From positions 8,235 to 72,234 of the forward strand of contig CAZSQP010000002.1 of the NCBI GenBank assembly GCA_964609075.1: a DNA stretch of 64,000 nucleotides, in the 5' to 3' direction. Below the pieces are notes generated by a model, which was not told where the DNA came from, made no database searches, and saw only the letters and a program-made list of their open reading frames with translations. Positions 1 to 9,604 of this stretch are shown in pieces (the stretch's first letter is position 1; each line of letters begins with the position of its first letter). Made by a program: the position numbers and the translations under genes. Source of the stretch: an uncultured Candidatus Saccharibacteria bacterium (GTDB lineage: Bacteria; Patescibacteriota; Minisyncoccia; Minisyncoccales; GWA2-38-27).

Positions 1-70
1 AATCGTTCGAAGAAAAGGGCGTGTTTATGTTATCTGTAAAAATTCTAAACACAAGCAAAGACAAGGATAA
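1..70 (+). CDS. rpmJ: 50S ribosomal protein L36, 3' end (5' part outside window)
   Basis: Frame 2 reads IVRRKGRVYVICKNSKHKQRQG*, the L36 C-terminus. It lies directly upstream of rpsM, as in the conserved operon. Confidence 0.8.
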   Translation, partial: IVRRKGRVYVICKNSKHKQRQG

Positions 71-72
71 TT

Positions 73-462
73 ATGCCAAGAATCGCAGGGGTTGATATAC
101 CTGAAAAAAAGAATATAGAAGTAGCCTTAACCTATATCTATGGAATAGGACCTTCTTTAAGCAAGAAAGTTTTATCAAAAGCCAAAATAGATTCACAAAA
201 GAAGACTTCTGAATTGAAAGCAGATGAGGTTAACAAGTTAAAGGATGTTATAGAAAAAAACTTTAAGATAGAGGGGGATTTAAGAAGAGAAAAAACAGTT
301 AATATTAAGAGATTAAAAGATATTAATTCCTGGCGGGGCGTTCGTCACAAAAAAGGTCTTCCTGTTAGAGGACAGAAAACTAGAACCAACACTAGAACAG
401 TAAGAGGTAATGTTAGAAGGACAATGGGTTCTGGAAGAAAAGCTGCTCCTACTCCTAAATAA
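73..462 (+). CDS. rpsM: 30S ribosomal protein S13
   Basis: 129-aa ORF starting [10 protein letters not shown] with [20 protein letters not shown], a uS13 signature. Operon context agrees. Confidence 0.97.
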   Translation: MPRIAGVDIPEKKNIEVALTYIYGIGPSLSKKVLSKAKIDSQKKTSELKADEVNKLKDVIEKNFKIEGDLRREKTVNIKRLKDINSWRGVRHKKGLPVRGQKTRTNTRTVRGNVRRTMGSGRKAAPTPK

Positions 463-467
463 TAACT

Positions 468-917
468 ATGGGAAAGAAAAGAGTTGTTCAAAAAACAAAA
501 GAAGAGCTTCTAAAAGAAAAAGAAGAAGTAGAGGCTGGAGTCAAAAAGAACATTAAAATTAAAAAGCTTTCTTCAAAAGAAGGCCGTGTTTACATTTCCT
601 CTTCATACAACAACACGGTTATTACCCTGACTGATTCTTCTGGGAATGTTCTAACCTGGTCTAGTGCAGGCTCTATAGGATTTAAAGGAACCAAAAAAGC
701 TACTCCTTTTGCAGCTTCTAAGGTAGCAGAATCTATAGCTTTTTCTGCAGGAAAAATAGGCGTAGACGAGGTTGAGGTTTTTGTAAAAGGAATAGGTTCT
801 GGCCGTGATTCTGCTATCAGATCTTTAGCCAGCAAGGGATTGGAAATAATATCTATAAAGGACGTTACTCCTATTCCACATAACGGATGCCGTCCTAAAA
901 AAGCTAGGAGAGTGTAA
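468..917 (+). CDS. rpsK: 30S ribosomal protein S11
   Basis: [12 protein letters not shown] and [13 protein letters not shown] motifs typical of uS11. Follows rpsM. Confidence 0.97.
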   Translation: MGKKRVVQKTKEELLKEKEEVEAGVKKNIKIKKLSSKEGRVYISSSYNNTVITLTDSSGNVLTWSSAGSIGFKGTKKATPFAASKVAESIAFSAGKIGVDEVEVFVKGIGSGRDSAIRSLASKGLEIISIKDVTPIPHNGCRPKKARRV

Positions 918-919
918 TT

Positions 920-1549
920 ATGGCAGAAAATAAATGTAAAATTTGTCGTAGAGTAGGAACAAAACTGTTTTTAAAAGGAGATAGGTGTTTTTCACAAAAG
1001 TGCGCTTTAGTAAGGAGATCTTATCCTCCCGGACAAAAACCTAAAAGAAGAAGAAGGAATGTTTCAGAGTATGCTAAAGAACTTCAAGAAAAGCAGAAGC
1101 TTAAAAGGTGGTATCATTTAAGAGAGAAACAGTTTAGAAACTACATTCAGCAGGCTTTTAAAAAGAGGGGACAGGTAGAAGATACTGGAGCTTTTCTTAT
1201 TAAAAAACTGGAAAGCCGTCTGGATAATGTTGTTTTTAGGATTGGTTTTACTCCTTCTAGAATACAAGCAAGGCAGCTTGTTTCTCATGGGCATTTTCTG
1301 GTAAACGGTAGGAAAACAGATACTCCTTCTTTCGAAGTTAAAAAAGGAGATGTGATTAGTTTAAGTTCTAGATCGCAAAAGAAAGAGGTTTTTAAAAATC
1401 TTTCTACTATTTTAAAAAAGAAAACGTCTCCTTCTTGGTTGAAGGTGTCATCTTCTAAAATGGAAGGAGAGGTTATAGGAGAACCTTCATTAGATGAAGT
1501 AGCTCCTCCAGCTGAATTATCAGCTATCTTCGAGTTCTATTCAAGATAA
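920..1549 (+). CDS. rpsD: 30S ribosomal protein S4
   Basis: Cys-rich N-terminus (CKICRR..C..C) and an S4 RNA-binding domain (RLDNVVFRIGF..ARQLVSHGHFLVNG). Confidence 0.97.
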   Translation: MAENKCKICRRVGTKLFLKGDRCFSQKCALVRRSYPPGQKPKRRRRNVSEYAKELQEKQKLKRWYHLREKQFRNYIQQAFKKRGQVEDTGAFLIKKLESRLDNVVFRIGFTPSRIQARQLVSHGHFLVNGRKTDTPSFEVKKGDVISLSSRSQKKEVFKNLSTILKKKTSPSWLKVSSSKMEGEVIGEPSLDEVAPPAELSAIFEFYSR

Positions 1550-1567
1550 TAATTTAAATTTAAAAAT

Positions 1568-2491
1568 ATGGAGTTTTTACCCAAAAAACCAAAAGTTTCA
1601 GAAGAAAAAGACAACAAAGCTGTTTTTGAAATAGAAGCTCTTTATCCCGGATACGGGGTTACTATTGGGAATAGCTTAAGAAGAGTTCTCCTTTCTTCTT
1701 TAAAAGGGTCTACTGTGACAGAGGTTAAAATAAAGGGAGCTCAGCATGAGTATTCCACTTTATCAGGCGTTTTGGAGGATGTTCTCACTATTCTGATGAA
1801 TATTAAAGGAATGAGATTCAAGGTTTATGAACCAGAAGCTCAGACAGCTACTTTGAAAGTAAAAGGAGCAAAAGAAGTTAAGGGTTCGGATTTTGATCTT
1901 CCTAGTCAAGTAGAACTTATTAATAAAGATTGTCATGTAGCTACCTTAACAGACAAGAAATCTTCATTAGAAATGGAAATAAAGATAGAACAGGGTATAG
2001 GATATCAGACAGTAGAACAGAGGAAGGAAAAAGGAAAGACAGAAACAGGAGTTCTTCCTTTAGACGCTCTTTTTAGTCCAGTAAGGAAAGTAAGCTTTAA
2101 TGTTGAGAATATGAGGGTGGGGGAGAGAACAGACTTTGATAGATTGAATTTAGAGATAGAAACAGACGGTATAGTTACTCCTCAGGAGGCTTTTCAGAGG
2201 GCCTGTCAGATTTTGGTAAGCCACTTTTCTCTTCTAAAAGAACCTTTTGAAGAAGCTCCCAAGGAAACCAAGAAAAGGACTAAAAAAGAAGAGGATATTA
2301 CTAAAAAGAAAATAGAGGAGCTTAATCTTTCTACCAGGACAATCAATGCTTTGGAAGATAACAATATAAAGACAGTAGGAGGGCTTTTAAGAAAGTCAGA
2401 AGATACCTTAGAGGAAATGGAAGGTCTGGGGGATAAAGCTGTAAAAGAAATTAAAAAAGTTTTAAAGAAGCTGGATTTGGAGTTAAAATGA
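1568..2491 (+). CDS. rpoA: DNA-directed RNA polymerase alpha subunit
   Basis: N-terminal domain motif GVTIGNSLRRVLLSSL and C-terminal alpha-CTD LNLSTRTINALEDNNIKTVGGLL. Position after rpsD. Confidence 0.95.
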   Translation: MEFLPKKPKVSEEKDNKAVFEIEALYPGYGVTIGNSLRRVLLSSLKGSTVTEVKIKGAQHEYSTLSGVLEDVLTILMNIKGMRFKVYEPEAQTATLKVKGAKEVKGSDFDLPSQVELINKDCHVATLTDKKSSLEMEIKIEQGIGYQTVEQRKEKGKTETGVLPLDALFSPVRKVSFNVENMRVGERTDFDRLNLEIETDGIVTPQEAFQRACQILVSHFSLLKEPFEEAPKETKKRTKKEEDITKKKIEELNLSTRTINALEDNNIKTVGGLLRKSEDTLEEMEGLGDKAVKEIKKVLKKLDLELK

Positions 2492-2835
2492 AAAAGCTTA
2501 AGAAAGGGAGAAAACTTTCAAGAAAAAGAGACCAAAGGAATGCCTTAAAAAGATCTCTTCTCAGATCTCTTTTTCTTAATGGAAAGATCAAGACCACAGA
2601 GGCGAAAGCAAAAGAGATAAGACCTTTAGCTGAAAAGATGATAACCAAAGCCAAAAAATCAGATTTAAATTCTAGGAGATATCTAAAAAAGTATTTTTCA
2701 AAAGATTTAGTTTCAAAAATAATCAAAGAAATAGCTCCAAAATATAAAGACAGAAAGGGGGGATATACCAGGATATTGAAACTGGGCCCTAGAAAATCAG
2801 ATGGAGCTAAAATGGCTTTTATTGAATTAGTATGA
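2488..2835 (+). CDS. rplQ: 50S ribosomal protein L17
   Basis: GGYTRILKLGPRKSDGAKMAFIELV C-terminus. ATGA overlap with rpoA. Confidence 0.93.
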   Translation: MKKLKKGRKLSRKRDQRNALKRSLLRSLFLNGKIKTTEAKAKEIRPLAEKMITKAKKSDLNSRRYLKKYFSKDLVSKIIKEIAPKYKDRKGGYTRILKLGPRKSDGAKMAFIELV

Positions 2836-3170
2836 AAAAGAAAATCCATACAATAGACGCTCAAGGAAGAATATTGGGAAAGCTGGCTGTAGAGATAGCG
2901 AATCTTTTAAGAGGCAAAGGAAAGGAGGATTTTGTTCCGTATAAAGATATGGGAGATTCTGTTATTGTTAAAAATTCAGACAAGATAAAGCTTACAGGAA
3001 AAAAGCTTCAGCAAAAAAAATACTACAGTCATTCGGGGTATTTAGGGGGATTGAAAGAGAAGCCCTTAAGCAAGATAGAGCTTGGAGAAGCTTTAAAGAG
3101 AGCTGTATTCGGCATGATGCCCAAAAACAAATTAAGAGAAGAACAAATTAAGAGGTTAAAAATAGAGTAA
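2832..3170 (+). CDS. rplM: 50S ribosomal protein L13
   Basis: IDAQGRILGKLA..LLRGK and HSGYLGGLKE motifs of uL13. Followed by rpsI, as is usual. Confidence 0.92.
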   Translation: MKKKIHTIDAQGRILGKLAVEIANLLRGKGKEDFVPYKDMGDSVIVKNSDKIKLTGKKLQQKKYYSHSGYLGGLKEKPLSKIELGEALKRAVFGMMPKNKLREEQIKRLKIE

Positions 3171-3171
3171 A

Positions 3172-3582
3172 ATGGCAGAAAAAAAGAAAAGCTCAAAGAA
3201 ATATATTGAAGCTATAGGAAGAAGGAAGACTTCTGTAGCTAGAGTTCGTCTTTTTAAGAAAAAAGGAAAGATAACTATAAACGAAAAGGATTTTGATAAG
3301 TACTTTCCTACTTTTGAAATGCAGCAAATAGTTACTTCTCCTCTAAAAAAATTAAAAGTATCTGATGATTTTAGCTTTACAGTAAAAGTAAAAGGAGGAG
3401 GAATTCATTCTCAGGCTGAAGCTGTAAAACATGGTATTTCAAGAGCTTTGGTTCAATTTGATCCGGAATTAAGAAAGAAATTGAAGAAAGGAGAATTTTT
3501 GACTAGGGATGCCAGAATGAGAGAGAGAAAGAAATTCGGATTAAAAAGAGCTCGAAGAGCTCCTCAGTGGAAAAAAAGATAA
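3172..3582 (+). CDS. rpsI: 30S ribosomal protein S9
   Basis: GRRKTSVARVRL near the N-terminus and the basic tail RKKFGLKRARRAPQWKKR. Confidence 0.95.
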   Translation: MAEKKKSSKKYIEAIGRRKTSVARVRLFKKKGKITINEKDFDKYFPTFEMQQIVTSPLKKLKVSDDFSFTVKVKGGGIHSQAEAVKHGISRALVQFDPELRKKLKKGEFLTRDARMRERKKFGLKRARRAPQWKKR

Positions 3583-3594
3583 AGATATATATTT

Positions 3595-3625
3595 GGCGGA
3601 GAGGGTTGCTCTCCGCCTTTTTGTT
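3595..3625 (+). terminator. Rho-independent terminator after rpsI
   Basis: Perfect 9-bp stem ggcggagag / ctctccgcc with a 5-nt loop, followed by ttttt. Confidence 0.8.
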
Positions 3626-3659
3626 TGCTTTAAAACTTTTTAGGAGTTAAACTAGACTA

Positions 3660-4346
3660 ATGCTTAAAGAAATTATAGATAAGTTTTATTTAGATAAAGA
3701 AAAGAGTAGATCTCAGACAAGCTTTTATGTTTCTCAAGCGGGAAAGTGCCCTCGCCAGATTTTCTTTAAATTTAAAAATGCTCCCAAGAAGGATCTCGAA
3801 GCTAATATCTTAAGATTGTTTGATCATGGAGATCATATGCACCAGCTAATAATGAAGCCTCTTTTGAGTACTAGAGATATTCATGTAGTAGCTTCTGAAG
3901 TAGATATTCCTCCTCAGGAGCTTGTGAGAGGAAGAGCCGATGCTATAGTTTCTGATGGAAAAGACCTTTATGTTTTGGATATTAAAAGCATGAATAGTAT
4001 GATGTTTCAAAAAATGACAGAACCTAAAAAAGACAACGTTGATCAACTTCAGTTTTATCTTCATTATTTTAGGATACCAAAAGGTATTCTTCTTTATGTG
4101 GATAAAGATAAACTTCAATTAAAAGAATTCGTTGTAGATTATGATAAGAAAAAAACAGAAAAAATGATAGTGGGATTAAAAAAACTGAAAGGACAGATAG
4201 AGTCTGATGTAGTTCCAGCTAGAATACCTGAGTATCCTGCTAAATGGCCCTGTGGATATTGTGAATACAGAGAGATATGCGATTTAGGAGAAGAAGGAGA
4301 AATGAAATGGAAAGATTTGAAGTCCAAAATTCAGTCTAAAGAATAG
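3660..4346 (+). CDS. PD-(D/E)XK nuclease of the Cas4/RecB-exonuclease type with a 4-Cys cluster
   Basis: One N-terminal Cys (SQAGKCPRQ) plus C-terminal CGYCEYREIC (CxxCx5C). Contains GRADAIV..LYVLDIKS (D..D-x-K) and QLQFYLHY (QxxxY). No cas genes or CRISPR nearby. Confidence 0.72.
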   Translation: MLKEIIDKFYLDKEKSRSQTSFYVSQAGKCPRQIFFKFKNAPKKDLEANILRLFDHGDHMHQLIMKPLLSTRDIHVVASEVDIPPQELVRGRADAIVSDGKDLYVLDIKSMNSMMFQKMTEPKKDNVDQLQFYLHYFRIPKGILLYVDKDKLQLKEFVVDYDKKKTEKMIVGLKKLKGQIESDVVPARIPEYPAKWPCGYCEYREICDLGEEGEMKWKDLKSKIQSKE

Positions 4347-4371
4347 GACTTAGAGAACTAATTGTACTTTT

Positions 4372-5709
4372 TTAAGGTATTAGTTTTTCTGAATAATAGA
4401 AATTATTTTCTGAGAGAAGGTAAATGTTATTGTTTTTCCAAAGTATATCAGGATTATTAAATTGAGCTAGAGAAACAATATTTATTTTATCTCTGTCATC
4501 TGTTTCAGTTACTTTTATATCTTTATCTGTACTAAAGATTAAATAATGGTTTGTGTACCAGAAAACATTATTTATCTTTTCTGAAAGGCGGGTAATAAAT
4601 ACCTTATCTCCTGATTTTTTCTTTGGATATTCGTCGGTGTCTTCTAGAAAATAGATCCAGAGTTCTCCGTTATTGAAATAAGCAAGTTTATTTTTATCTG
4701 GAGAGAGTTTAAATTCTTTAGCTTTATCCGATATTTTTTCAAAAGAGCCTTCTTTTAAAAGGTAAAGGCTATCTTTTTCTTTTAGAAAGAAATAGGGCGA
4801 AGAATAATTTAGAGTATATTCGGTCTCTTTTTTAATAGGGAAAGCTTTTTGGTTAAGCTTTCTTTCGTTTTGAAAGGATAAATCGTTTTCAAAAAGGAAT
4901 CCTTCAGAATCAAGATAAAAAGCCTTATTATCTTCTATTTCAAAAGAAATAATGTTTTCTAATAAGGGATTTATTTCTTTTTTAGAAATGTCAGCTTTCT
5001 TTAACTCTTTTTCTTTGAGAAAGAAGATTATATCTTCAGATACTGGAAGGACCTTCTCTGGGCTTGGTAGAAAGCTTAAGGTGGTTATAACAAGAGGGTT
5101 CCTTTCTAAAAGATAGTATTTAAAACTTTCTTTTTCAAAAAGCTTTATTAAAAGATTATCAGAGAGAAATAATACATCAACTATTTGAGAAAGGTTTTTG
5201 GAAAAGTCATCTTGGTCTGCCAGATGGCTTTTTACTTTGTTTCCAGGGTTATATAGCTTTAAACTCCACTTTTCTCCGTTCTCTTCTAAAACTATCTCTT
5301 TATCTTTGTAGTAAAAAGATTTTGTATTCTGAGATATTTTTTCAAAATTTGGGTTTTTTGGAATTAAAACAATATTTTTAGCTTCTGTTACCTCGCCTCT
5401 TTTTATCTCCAGTGTTTTTTTCCAACTGTGATAGTCTTCCTTCTTAATCTCAACCTGGTATTTTTTTGGTAAAAGATTTTCTATGACTACAGAGCCAAAA
5501 AAGAAATCTGTCTTGTCTTTTGATTCTTGGTTAATAAAGACTTCTGCAGAATTAGGTCTTGTCTTGAAAAAGAAAATACCTGGTCTTGTTATTTCTCTTT
5601 CTTGCCAGTCAAATCTCCATCCTAAAGAGTAAGAGATAGCTAAAGGAGCTACAATTAAAAAAAGTATAGTTAAAACAATTATTAGAGTAATTCTCTTTCT
5701 TTTTGCCAT
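4372..5709 (-). CDS. Membrane-anchored PEGA-domain protein, function unknown
   Basis: N-terminal TM helix (ITLIIVLTILFLIVAPLAI) followed by a PEGA-like segment (SAEVFINQ..YQVEIKKEDYHSWKKTLEIKRGEVTE). The rest has no recognisable motif. Confidence 0.6.
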   Translation of the reverse strand: MAKRKRITLIIVLTILFLIVAPLAISYSLGWRFDWQEREITRPGIFFFKTRPNSAEVFINQESKDKTDFFFGSVVIENLLPKKYQVEIKKEDYHSWKKTLEIKRGEVTEAKNIVLIPKNPNFEKISQNTKSFYYKDKEIVLEENGEKWSLKLYNPGNKVKSHLADQDDFSKNLSQIVDVLFLSDNLLIKLFEKESFKYYLLERNPLVITTLSFLPSPEKVLPVSEDIIFFLKEKELKKADISKKEINPLLENIISFEIEDNKAFYLDSEGFLFENDLSFQNERKLNQKAFPIKKETEYTLNYSSPYFFLKEKDSLYLLKEGSFEKISDKAKEFKLSPDKNKLAYFNNGELWIYFLEDTDEYPKKKSGDKVFITRLSEKINNVFWYTNHYLIFSTDKDIKVTETDDRDKINIVSLAQFNNPDILWKNNNIYLLSENNFYYSEKLIP

Positions 5710-5901
5710 ATTATAATTTTATCAGAAAATAAAGATTTTTTAAATAATGGTTTTTGTTATAATAATAGTAGAGTATTTTAAAAATAATAAAGGGAGGAGA
5801 AGGCTTTAATTGATTAGTTTAGAGAAAGCCCAGGTAGGATTCTAGGCTCTTTTTCATGCTTGCCAATCTTAATAATTTAGACTAATATAGAATATAATTG
5901 T

Positions 5902-7200
5902 ATGAGTGGTAAATTTGTAATAAAAGGTAAAAAAAAGCTTGAAGGAGAGGTAGAGATAAGAGGAGCTAAGAATGTAGCTTTTCCCATACTTGCTGCTACT
6001 CTTTTAACTGATGAGACTTGTGAAATTGATAATATCCCCTTAATAGAGGATGTTTTTAAGATGATAGAGATTTTGAAAGGCATGGGTTCTGAAGTATCAT
6101 GGCAGGGCAAGAGAAAGATAAGAATTAAAAATTCTTCTCTTAATCTTTCTCGTCTTCCCAAGGAAATAGTAAGATTCTTAAGAGGCTCTATTTTAATAAC
6201 AGGTCCTCTTCTAGCTAGATTCGGAAAAATAGAGATTCCTCCTCCTGGGGGTTGTCTTATAGGTTCGCGTCCCATAGACACTCATCTCGATGCCTTTTCT
6301 CAAATGGGAGTTAAGCATTCTACCAAAGATAATTCTTTTGTTTTTGAAAAAGATTCTGGTTTCAAATCCAGCTACAATACGCTTTTAAAGTTTGATAAAA
6401 GAAAACCTATCGAAGTTGTTTTAAGAGAGTTTAGTGTTACAGCCACAGAAAACGTTCTCTTATTTGCCAGCAGCAATCTCAGGAAAACAGCTTTAAAGAC
6501 AGCAGACCAAGATTACCAGATACAAGAGCTAATAAATGTTTTAAGGCAAATGGGAGCTGAAATAGAGGATAAAGGATGTCATAGTTTTGAGATAAAAGGT
6601 AAAAAGAAACTAAAAGGTTTTAAATGTAAAATAATATCAGATCCAATTGAAACAGGAACTTTTATAGCAGCTATTTTGGCTACCAAGGGACATGCTGTTA
6701 TTAAAAAGGCAGAGCTTTCTTTTTTAGATCTCTTCTTAAAAAGACTTTCTGACTTTGGGGCTAAACTTGAGATAAAAGATAGAGAGACTATAGAAGTATT
6801 TCCCTCGGATCTGAAAATAGACAAGATTCAGAGTTTGCCTTATCCTGGTATTCACTCTGATTTACAGCCAGAGATTGGAGTTTTAGCTACTCAGACGCCT
6901 GGTCCGACTTTAATTCATGACCCCTTGTATGAGGGCAGATTGAAATATTTGGAAGATTTAAATAAAATGGGAGCTGACATTATATTCTGTGATCCTCATA
7001 GGGGAATAGTGTACGGTCCTACCAAGCTTTACGGAAGAGAAATACCAAGTTCTGATTTAAGAGCGGGAGCTGCTCTCATAATAGCTGGCCTAATAGCTGA
7101 AGGGAAGACGGTAATCAACAACATCTATCAGATAGACAGAGGTTATGAAAAGATAGAAGAAAGGTTAAAAAAATTAGGAGCTGATATTAAAAGAATATGA
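5902..7200 (+). CDS. murA: UDP-N-acetylglucosamine 1-carboxyvinyltransferase
   Basis: VEIRGAKNVAFPILAATLL, PGGCLIGSRPIDTHL (active-site Cys loop) and RGYEKIEERLKKLGA. Full-length MurA architecture. Confidence 0.93.
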   Translation: MSGKFVIKGKKKLEGEVEIRGAKNVAFPILAATLLTDETCEIDNIPLIEDVFKMIEILKGMGSEVSWQGKRKIRIKNSSLNLSRLPKEIVRFLRGSILITGPLLARFGKIEIPPPGGCLIGSRPIDTHLDAFSQMGVKHSTKDNSFVFEKDSGFKSSYNTLLKFDKRKPIEVVLREFSVTATENVLLFASSNLRKTALKTADQDYQIQELINVLRQMGAEIEDKGCHSFEIKGKKKLKGFKCKIISDPIETGTFIAAILATKGHAVIKKAELSFLDLFLKRLSDFGAKLEIKDRETIEVFPSDLKIDKIQSLPYPGIHSDLQPEIGVLATQTPGPTLIHDPLYEGRLKYLEDLNKMGADIIFCDPHRGIVYGPTKLYGREIPSSDLRAGAALIIAGLIAEGKTVINNIYQIDRGYEKIEERLKKLGADIKRI

Positions 7201-8204
7201 TTATTAGAAAAATAGGTATAGATCTTGGCACCTGTAATTCAATTGTTTTTATCTCCAAAAAAGGAGCTGTTTTAAACGAGCCCTCTGTGGTGGCAGTAGC
7301 CCTATCAGAGAATAAGGTCTTAGCTGTAGGAAAAGAAGCAAAGGAGATGACAGGAAGGACACCAGACACTATCAGAGTTTACAGGCCTCTGAAAGATGGA
7401 GTTATAGCAGATTACAGGGTAACAGAAGCTATCATTCGTCATTTTGTCAGAAAGGTACCAGGAACTGTCAGATTTTTAAAACCAGAGCTTTTAGTGGGAG
7501 TTCCTGCTGGCATTACTTCAACTGAGAAAAGGGCTGTTGTTGAAGCAGGTACGGCAGCTGGAGCCAAAGGAGTTTATCTTGCCAAAGAGCCTGTTCTGGC
7601 AGCTATAGGGGCTGGTATACCTATAAACTCTTGCTCTGGACACATGATAATTGATATTGGAGGAGGAACTTCTGAAGTAGCTGTTATTTCTCTTGGAGGA
7701 GTGGTTACTTGGAATTCTTTGAGGGTAGGAGGAGATAAGATGGATGTTGCTATTACAAACTATATCAAAGAAAAACATAACCTAGCCGTAGGAGAACAAA
7801 CAGCAGAGGAAATCAAAATAAAAATAGGGACAGCTGTTCCTGAGAAAAAACCCCAGGAAATGGAGATAAGAGGAAGGCATTTGGTTTCCGGCCTGCCTCA
7901 GAATATTAAAATATCCTCTAATGAAATATGTGAGGCTATATCAGAAAATCTTAATGAAATCGTGCAAGTAGTAAAAAAAGTTTTGAGAGAAACTCCTCCG
8001 GAACTTTCAGCTGATATCATGGATAAGGGAATGATTGTTTCAGGAGGAGGAGCTTTGATTAAGAATATAGACGAGTTGATAGCTAAGTCAACCGGTGTTC
8101 CTTGTTTTATAGCAGAAGATCCTCTTTTATGCGTAGCTAAAGGAACGGGGGTAGTTTTAGAGAATCTGGATGCCTATAAAAAGAGTATAATGTCTAAAAA
8201 ATGA
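7197..8204 (+). CDS. mreB: Actin-like rod-shape protein MreB (paralogue 1)
   Basis: IGIDLGTCNS, PSVVA, IIDIGGGTSEVAVISLGG and SGGGALIKNIDELI. Confidence 0.9.
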   Translation: MIIRKIGIDLGTCNSIVFISKKGAVLNEPSVVAVALSENKVLAVGKEAKEMTGRTPDTIRVYRPLKDGVIADYRVTEAIIRHFVRKVPGTVRFLKPELLVGVPAGITSTEKRAVVEAGTAAGAKGVYLAKEPVLAAIGAGIPINSCSGHMIIDIGGGTSEVAVISLGGVVTWNSLRVGGDKMDVAITNYIKEKHNLAVGEQTAEEIKIKIGTAVPEKKPQEMEIRGRHLVSGLPQNIKISSNEICEAISENLNEIVQVVKKVLRETPPELSADIMDKGMIVSGGGALIKNIDELIAKSTGVPCFIAEDPLLCVAKGTGVVLENLDAYKKSIMSKK

Positions 8205-9046
8205 TTATAGGCCATGAGAAACAATGGCAGTTCCTAAAAAAAGCATCAGAGATGAAAAAGCTTCCTCATGCCCTTCTTTTTTCAGGACAAGAGAAGATAG
8301 GTAAAAAAACTTTAGCTTTGGAGCTTGGAAATTATCTGTGCGGTTCTTCTGTAGAAAAGCATCCTGACTTAATTCTAATAGAGCCCGAGAAGGAAAAAAT
8401 CCAGATTTTCCAGATAAGAGACCTTATTTCCCGTTTGTCTTTTAAACCTTATTCTGCTTCTTTAAAGATAGGGATAATAGATAAAGCTCATACCATGACC
8501 TTTGAAGCTCAGAGTTCTTTTTTAAAGCTTTTAGAGGAGCCTAAAGGAGATACTCTCCTAATCTTGATTACAGAATATCCAGAGACCCTTTTATCTACAA
8601 TTACTTCAAGGGTTCAAATTATGAGATTTTCTCCTGTTAAAAAAGAGCTGATTGAAAAGTACCTTCTTAAAAAAGGAATTTCGAAAAAGAAAGCAGAAAA
8701 GCTAACCTCTATTTCTCTAGGAAGACCGGGAAGAGTTATTGATTTTCTTTCAGATCCTCAGAAATTGGAAGAAAGAGAAAAAATAATAGATGATCTTTTT
8801 AAACTTAAGAATTCTTTTCTTTCTGAACGTTTTAAATATGCTAAAGAACTGAGTAAAGAAAGAAGAAAAGCAGAGGAGGTTTTTTCTTTATGGTTGGAAC
8901 ACTTAAGAAAAATTTTAATCACGAAAGAAAATTCTTTTGAGAACCTGTCATCTTTTATTAAAGAACTTCAAACAATTCGCTTTTTGCTTTATACTACTAA
9001 TATAAGTTGTAAGTTAGCTATTGAAAATCTTTTAATTCATCTTTAA
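8201..9046 (+). CDS. holB: DNA polymerase III delta-prime subunit
   Basis: KLPHALLFSGQEKIGKKTLA (degenerate P-loop), FLKLLEEP and TITSRVQ (SRC-like) motifs of clamp-loader delta-prime. Confidence 0.75.
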   Translation: MIIGHEKQWQFLKKASEMKKLPHALLFSGQEKIGKKTLALELGNYLCGSSVEKHPDLILIEPEKEKIQIFQIRDLISRLSFKPYSASLKIGIIDKAHTMTFEAQSSFLKLLEEPKGDTLLILITEYPETLLSTITSRVQIMRFSPVKKELIEKYLLKKGISKKKAEKLTSISLGRPGRVIDFLSDPQKLEEREKIIDDLFKLKNSFLSERFKYAKELSKERRKAEEVFSLWLEHLRKILITKENSFENLSSFIKELQTIRFLLYTTNISCKLAIENLLIHL

Positions 9047-9049
9047 TTT

Positions 9050-9604
9050 ATGTATCGAGACGTAGATAAAATAAAACCGGAGTTAGAAAAAGTTACTAAT
9101 CATTTAAAAGAAGAGCTTAGAAAGATAAGAACAGGCAGAGCTAATCCCTCTTTAGTTGAAGACGTGGTGATCGATTGTTTCGGTCAAAAGTTTCCTTTAA
9201 AACAGCTTGCTGCCATATCTACTCCCAACCCAAAACAGATTGTGATTCAACCCTGGGACGAGTCTTACTTAGAGCCGATTGAGAAGAGTTTGGCCAAAGA
9301 GGATCTTGGAGCTTCTCCTGTTGTAGATAAAGATTTGATAAGAATAGATCTCCCCTCTATGAATCAAGAGTATAGGGATAAGTTGGTAAATCTTCTTTCA
9401 GAAAAACAGGAGGAGGCAAGAAAGACAATAAGGAGGTGGAGAGAAGAAGCTTGGCATGATATTCAAAAGAAAGAGGAGGCGGGGGAGATAAGAGAAGATG
9501 ATAAGTTTAAAGCAAAAGACGAACTTCAAAAACTTATAGACGATTATAATAACAAAGTTAAAGAGTTGGTTGAAAATAAAAAGAAATCTATACAGGAGAT
9601 ATGA
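9050..9604 (+). CDS. frr: Ribosome recycling factor
   Basis: LRKIRTGRANPSLVEDV and IQPWD motifs. 184 aa. Confidence 0.93.
   Translation: MYRDVDKIKPELEKVTNHLKEELRKIRTGRANPSLVEDVVIDCFGQKFPLKQLAAISTPNPKQIVIQPWDESYLEPIEKSLAKEDLGASPVVDKDLIRIDLPSMNQEYRDKLVNLLSEKQEEARKTIRRWREEAWHDIQKKEEAGEIREDDKFKAKDELQKLIDDYNNKVKELVENKKKSIQEI

Noticed and set aside
2451-2864. Long antisense ORFs inside well-supported genes (e.g. 2451-2864, 5877-6281, 12703-13062, 19698-20042, 20077-20466, 20740-21174, 22525-22935, 27045-27392, 39974-40393, 50024-50335, 55809-56195)
   Set aside because: Each lies fully within, and opposite to, a CDS with clear family motifs. Their low-complexity composition and lack of RBS mean they are not called.
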